Part shown: positions 18,390 to 21,575 of the stretch, piece by piece
How positions within the stretch are numbered: the stretch's first letter is position 1
How the letters are laid out: the number at the start of each line of letters is the position of its first letter
Source: an uncultured Motilibacteraceae bacterium
Lineage (GTDB): Bacteria; Actinomycetota; Actinomycetes; Motilibacterales; Motilibacteraceae
Assembly: GCA_964236445.1 (NCBI GenBank)
Contig: CAXSDR010000022.1
Coordinates: 19,919 to 41,493 of the forward strand
Length of the DNA: 21,575 nt
Direction: 5' to 3'
The notes under the pieces: generated by a model
The model's input: only the letters and a program-made list of their open reading frames with translations
What the model was told of the DNA's origin: nothing
Databases searched by the model: none
Translations under genes and position numbers: made by a program

Positions 18390-18890
18390 GTGCACCCAGC
18401 GCTCGTCGTCGCGATGTTCATCTTCGCGACCATGACGGCTCTGCTGCGAGGTGAGCTGAAGGCACGCGGGCCTTCGCGTCCGGCTCGGCGGCGCCGTCGA
18501 CCGGACAACGAGGCGACCTCGCTCGCCCGCGCCTTTCCCCGTCGCGTCCTGCGTGAGATCGGCGCAGATCTCGAGCGCGCGGCCGCCGACGAGTCGGCCC
18601 GCCTCGAGACGGAGCTGAGACGCTATCTGACCGGCCCCGACATCGGGCGCATCATCGGCGCGACCGAGCTGAGCACCGGGATGTCGCTCGCGCTGTCCGA
18701 CGGCAAGATGATCATGGTGAGCGGCGTGGCGCACTGCAGCCGGCGCATGGTTGTCGCCTCGACAGCCGGCAAGGCACTGCAACCGGCCCTCGGCAACCGC
18801 ACGGGCTCGACCTACCGGCTCGTGCTGTGCACCAACGAAGGTCCCGAGGTCGAGTTCTTCGCGCAGCGGATCGCGCTCGTCGGGGTGTGA
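18390..18890 (+). CDS. Hypothetical protein, N-terminal hydrophobic anchor + conserved-looking ~120-aa domain of unknown function
   Basis: High GC3 throughout. GTG 18390 preceded by AGAGAGG. The N-terminus PALVVAMFIFATMTALL is a single TM/anchor. The rest of the protein has no motif I recognise. It is divergent from the phosphatase gene. Confidence 0.55.
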   Translation: MHPALVVAMFIFATMTALLRGELKARGPSRPARRRRRPDNEATSLARAFPRRVLREIGADLERAAADESARLETELRRYLTGPDIGRIIGATELSTGMSLALSDGKMIMVSGVAHCSRRMVVASTAGKALQPALGNRTGSTYRLVLCTNEGPEVEFFAQRIALVGV

Positions 18891-19053
18891 GAGAGCCAGC
18901 CGGAAGCCGGGGGTCACGTCCGGGTGCGGTCCATGCACCTGGCCGGGTGACGCACGAGCGGAAGGCCCTGCCGCTTCGCGTGCAAGCCCCTAGGCTGTCG
19001 CCTCGTGCCGCCGGACCGCCTGGTGGCAGCCGCTGACCGGGGGATACGCACTG

Positions 19054-19710
19054 ATGCTGCTCATCTGGGGATTCAAGACGCTGCTGGCAGTGCTGTCGCG
19101 AGGCCGCTTCCACTGTCCTCGCTGCGACATGGACACCGACTATGAGCTGGTGCGGCCGCGCCGATGGTTCACCTTCTTCTTCATCCCGCTCATCCCGCTC
19201 AAGTGGAGCGAGCAGTACGTCCGGTGCACGCGGTGCAAGGGTGCGTTCGACGAGCACGCGTTGGCCTCACTCACCAGTGAGCAGTTCGACTACCTGCTCG
19301 CCCTCGGCACGCGGGGGATCGCGGCTCGCGTGCTTTGCAGCGAGCGCTCCGGCTTCGAGGCCGTCAGCCCCTCCGACACCGACGCGGCGCTCGCCTTCGT
19401 ACGCACCTTCAACGGGGCGGCCTACGGCGAGCAGGAGCTACGCCGGGACATGACGGCGTTCGACGGAGAGCAGCTGGTCGACTATCTGCGTCCGCTCAGC
19501 GAGGCGATGGCGATCCAGGGGCGCGAGAAGCTGGTCGGCCAGCTGCTCGGCTTCAGCAGCAGCACGACCGTGGGCACGACCGAGGCCGGGCAGCGTGCGG
19601 TGGCTGACATGGCCGCGATCCTGGGGATCACGGCGTCACATCTCGAGGGCATTCGCGCGTCCGTACGCGCGGGGCACAGCAACCCGCCCTCCGGCACCAA
19701 GGGGCTGTGA
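19054..19710 (+). CDS. Zinc-ribbon domain membrane protein with C-terminal TerB-like helical domain
   Basis: CPRC...(TM FTFFFIPLIPL)...CTRC forms a Cys4 zinc ribbon interrupted by a hydrophobic hairpin. The C-terminal ~130 aa have the paired-helix pattern of the TerB/DjlA-N fold (..VDYLRPLSEAMAIQGREKLVGQLLGF...AVADMAAILGITASHLEGI). GGGGGA lies 9 nt upstream of the ATG. Confidence 0.6.
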   Translation: MLLIWGFKTLLAVLSRGRFHCPRCDMDTDYELVRPRRWFTFFFIPLIPLKWSEQYVRCTRCKGAFDEHALASLTSEQFDYLLALGTRGIAARVLCSERSGFEAVSPSDTDAALAFVRTFNGAAYGEQELRRDMTAFDGEQLVDYLRPLSEAMAIQGREKLVGQLLGFSSSTTVGTTEAGQRAVADMAAILGITASHLEGIRASVRAGHSNPPSGTKGL

Positions 19711-19711
19711 C

Positions 19712-20209
19712 ATGGCGAACCTCTCTCCGGCGGCCCTGACCGCCCCCTCGGACCGCGCCTTCAACCCACCGCCCACCTGGAACGCGCCGACGGGGCTCGA
19801 CCCGCGTCTCGGCCATCCGCTCGATCCGGCGTGGCCTGACCCGCCGGTGGGCTGGGAGCTGTGGACCGCGCGGCAGCGACCGGCCCGCACGCTGCACTCG
19901 AGGCTGGAGTCGGTGGGTGTTGCGCGACTGCTGCTCGCGGTCGTCGGCCTCGTGGTGCTCGCCCTGTTCGTCATCCATGCAGTGAGCGGCTCTTCAGGCA
20001 CATCGGACGGAGTCGGTTCCTGCTGGACCAACGACGGCGGCGGCAGCTATGCGACGGTCTCGTGCAGCTCCGACCGGGGGACCCGGCGCGCCACGGCCGA
20101 GGTGAGCACTCCCGACCTGTGCCCCGCCACCGCGGACGACGGCGGCTACCTCGTGGACAGCACGGACGCGTCGAAGGTCCTCTGCCTCGCGGTCATCACG
20201 CACTACTGA
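19712..20209 (+). CDS. Membrane protein: Pro-rich cytoplasmic N-terminus, one TM, small Cys-containing extracytoplasmic domain
   Basis: The ATG at 19712 lies 1 nt after the upstream TGA, indicating translational coupling. N-terminus NPPPTWNAPTGLDPRLGHPLDPAWPDPPVGWELW. TM LLLAVVGLVVLALFVI. The ectodomain has 4 Cys (SCWTNDGGGSYATVSC...LCPATADDGGYLVDSTDASKVLC). Followed by a strong hairpin. Confidence 0.6.
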   Translation: MANLSPAALTAPSDRAFNPPPTWNAPTGLDPRLGHPLDPAWPDPPVGWELWTARQRPARTLHSRLESVGVARLLLAVVGLVVLALFVIHAVSGSSGTSDGVGSCWTNDGGGSYATVSCSSDRGTRRATAEVSTPDLCPATADDGGYLVDSTDASKVLCLAVITHY

Positions 20210-20237
20210 GTCGCGCGCGGCTGGGCAAGGGTGCACG

Positions 20238-20285
20238 CGCACCCACGACTGTCGCGTCCGGAGAGGCAGGACAGTCGTGGGTGCG
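20238..20285. terminator. Bidirectional intrinsic-terminator-like hairpin between convergent genes (16-bp perfect stem, 16-nt loop)
   Basis: CGCACCCACGACTGTC ... GACAGTCGTGGGTGCG sits between the stop of the 19712-20209 gene and the stop of the arabinofuranosidase gene. It is GC-rich with no clear U-tract, as is common in actinobacteria. Confidence 0.5.
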
Positions 20286-20306
20286 TTCGCGCCCCCGCGC
20301 CGAACC

Positions 20307-21575
20307 TCAGCTCAGCGGGAACTTCTGTGCCGCGCTGCCATTGCAGTCCCAGAGTTGCAGCTTGACGCCGTTGGTGCTCGACCCGTTGGGCGAGTCGAGG
20401 CACTTGCCCGACTGGGGGTTGATCAGCGAGCCGTCGGACTGCGCATTCCACTTCTGGCTGCCGGTGCCGTTGCAGTCCCAGACCTGCACGAGCGTGCCGT
20501 TGCTCGTGCCGCCGTTGACGGCGTCGAGGCATCGACCGTTGGTGTGCAGCGATCCGTCCGAGCTGCGAGCCAGATGCTGGTCCGCAGCATAGGACTGGCA
20601 GTCCCACAGCTGCACCACACCGCCGTTGCCACTGTTGTCGTCACCGGCAATGTCGATGCACTTTCCGCCAGGGCCCGGGACGGGGGCGCCGCCGCTGACA
20701 TAGAACTTCTGCGCATCAGCACCGTTGCAGTCATAGATCTGCAGCAGGGTGCCGTTGCCGGTGGCGCCGTTCGGGGAGTCGAGGCATCTGCCGGACTGCG
20801 GGTTGCGCAGCGACCCGTCAGCCTGCTGCACCCACTTCTGTCCACCGACACCGTTGCAGTCCCAGAGCTGGACAACAGTGGCATTGGCGGTGCCGTTGTG
20901 CTCGATGTCGAGGCAGCGACCCAGCGTGCTGATCGACTGATCCGAGTTGTGCGTCCAGTGCTGGTCGACCGCGCCGCCCTGGCAGTCCCACAGCTGCACG
21001 GGAGCCAGGTCGACACCGACGTCGTCACCGGCGACATCGACACATTTGCCACCGGGCCCGGTGATCGCCCCGGCGGTCGCGCCGTTGCCGTTGGAAGGGC
21101 CGGAATAGCCGACGGTGACGATGTTCGCCTGCACAGCGTTGTCAGCGGCGGTGGTCGGATAGCCCTTCGTGATCACGCCTTCGAAGAACGAGCCCACCGA
21201 CCAGTTGCTGTTGTCGCCGCCGGTGCCGAGCACGATCCCGCCTTCGAGCTGCATCGGGATGTAGCCGGGCTTGTTGGTAGGCAGATGTCCTTCCCACCAG
21301 GTGCTCAGTCCACCGGAGGTGGAGTCACCGCCCTTGAGCGCGTACTTCGTCGAGCCGTCGTTCTTGAGCAAGGCGGTCACGAAGTTGCTGCTGTTGCCGA
21401 GGTTGGCGGGATTGTTGCCGTCGCCGCCCATGTATTGCCCGTTCTCGAGGTCGGCCTCGACCCAGGGCCCGGAGCCGGTGCACGGCCCGAACCCGCAGAA
21501 CGTCGTCAGGTTGACCGTGTCCATGTGGCCTTCACCGGTGTCCATGGTGTTGGTCTCGACGTTGCCGTAGTCGAA
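20307..21575 (-). CDS. Alpha-L-arabinofuranosidase B (GH54 catalytic domain, C-terminal part) with two ricin-B/CBM13 beta-trefoil domains; partial, N-terminus beyond window end
   Basis: FDYGNVETNTMDTGEGHMDTV...SGPWVEADLENG and GGIVLGTGGDNSNWSVGSFFEGVITKGYPTTAADNAVQANIV align with Aspergillus AbfB (CCFDYGNAETSSTDTGNGHMEAI...SGPWIMADLENG; GAIILGIGGDNSNGAQGTFYEGVMTSGYPSDATENSVQADIV), recalled from memory. Six QxW-type subrepeats (QLWDCQGG, QKW, ...) make two CBM13 trefoils. Stop at 20307-20309. Confidence 0.85.
   Translation of the reverse strand, partial: FDYGNVETNTMDTGEGHMDTVNLTTFCGFGPCTGSGPWVEADLENGQYMGGDGNNPANLGNSSNFVTALLKNDGSTKYALKGGDSTSGGLSTWWEGHLPTNKPGYIPMQLEGGIVLGTGGDNSNWSVGSFFEGVITKGYPTTAADNAVQANIVTVGYSGPSNGNGATAGAITGPGGKCVDVAGDDVGVDLAPVQLWDCQGGAVDQHWTHNSDQSISTLGRCLDIEHNGTANATVVQLWDCNGVGGQKWVQQADGSLRNPQSGRCLDSPNGATGNGTLLQIYDCNGADAQKFYVSGGAPVPGPGGKCIDIAGDDNSGNGGVVQLWDCQSYAADQHLARSSDGSLHTNGRCLDAVNGGTSNGTLVQVWDCNGTGSQKWNAQSDGSLINPQSGKCLDSPNGSSTNGVKLQLWDCNGSAAQKFPLS

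Noticed and set aside
18075-18938. 287-aa minus-strand ORF
   Set aside because: Antisense of the 18390-18890 hypothetical gene and the phosphatase N-terminus. No motifs.
20423-21052. 209-aa minus-strand ORF in alternate frame of the arabinofuranosidase
   Set aside because: Overlapping frame within the CBM13 repeats. Ser/Thr/Ala/Arg-rich junk.

Overview
High-GC actinobacterial chromosomal segment, about 21.6 kb and densely coding. I found no rRNA, tRNA, CRISPR array, transposase or integrase. The gene content supported by the sequence, in order from the left edge:

- minus strand: an NfeD-like OB-fold protein followed by an SPFH/flotillin gene pair
- minus strand: a CDF-family metal efflux transporter
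- plus strand, divergent: a short spermidine-synthase-like protein
- plus strand: an unusual RsbW-like anti-sigma kinase fused to a STAS-like domain
- minus strand: an OmpR-family response regulator and histidine kinase pair
- plus strand, divergent across a 300-bp leader with an operator-like palindrome: a taurine/sulfonate cassette (permease, binding protein, ATPase, TauD dioxygenase)
- plus strand: a LolA-like secreted protein with an ABC ATPase and an ABC-2 permease
- plus strand: DedA and guaB (IMP dehydrogenase)
- plus strand: a small acidic protein converging on the next gene
- minus strand: a membrane-domain/PAS/PP2C (SpoIIE-type) sensor phosphatase that is frame-disrupted in this sequence
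- plus strand: a hypothetical membrane-anchored protein
- plus strand: a translationally coupled pair, a zinc-ribbon/TerB-like membrane protein and a Pro-rich, Cys-containing membrane protein, followed by a strong hairpin
- minus strand: the 3' part of a GH54 alpha-L-arabinofuranosidase B with two ricin-type (CBM13) beta-trefoils, running off the window end.

Three things stand out. The RsbW-STAS fusion together with the disrupted RsbU-like phosphatase looks like a remodelled partner-switching module. A perfect CRP-type box, TGTGA-N6-TCACA, sits upstream of the nfeD-flotillin operon. A GTCTA/TAGAC palindrome sits in the long leader of the sulfonate operon. Many long ORFs on the opposite strands of real genes are GC artefacts and are listed as rejected.
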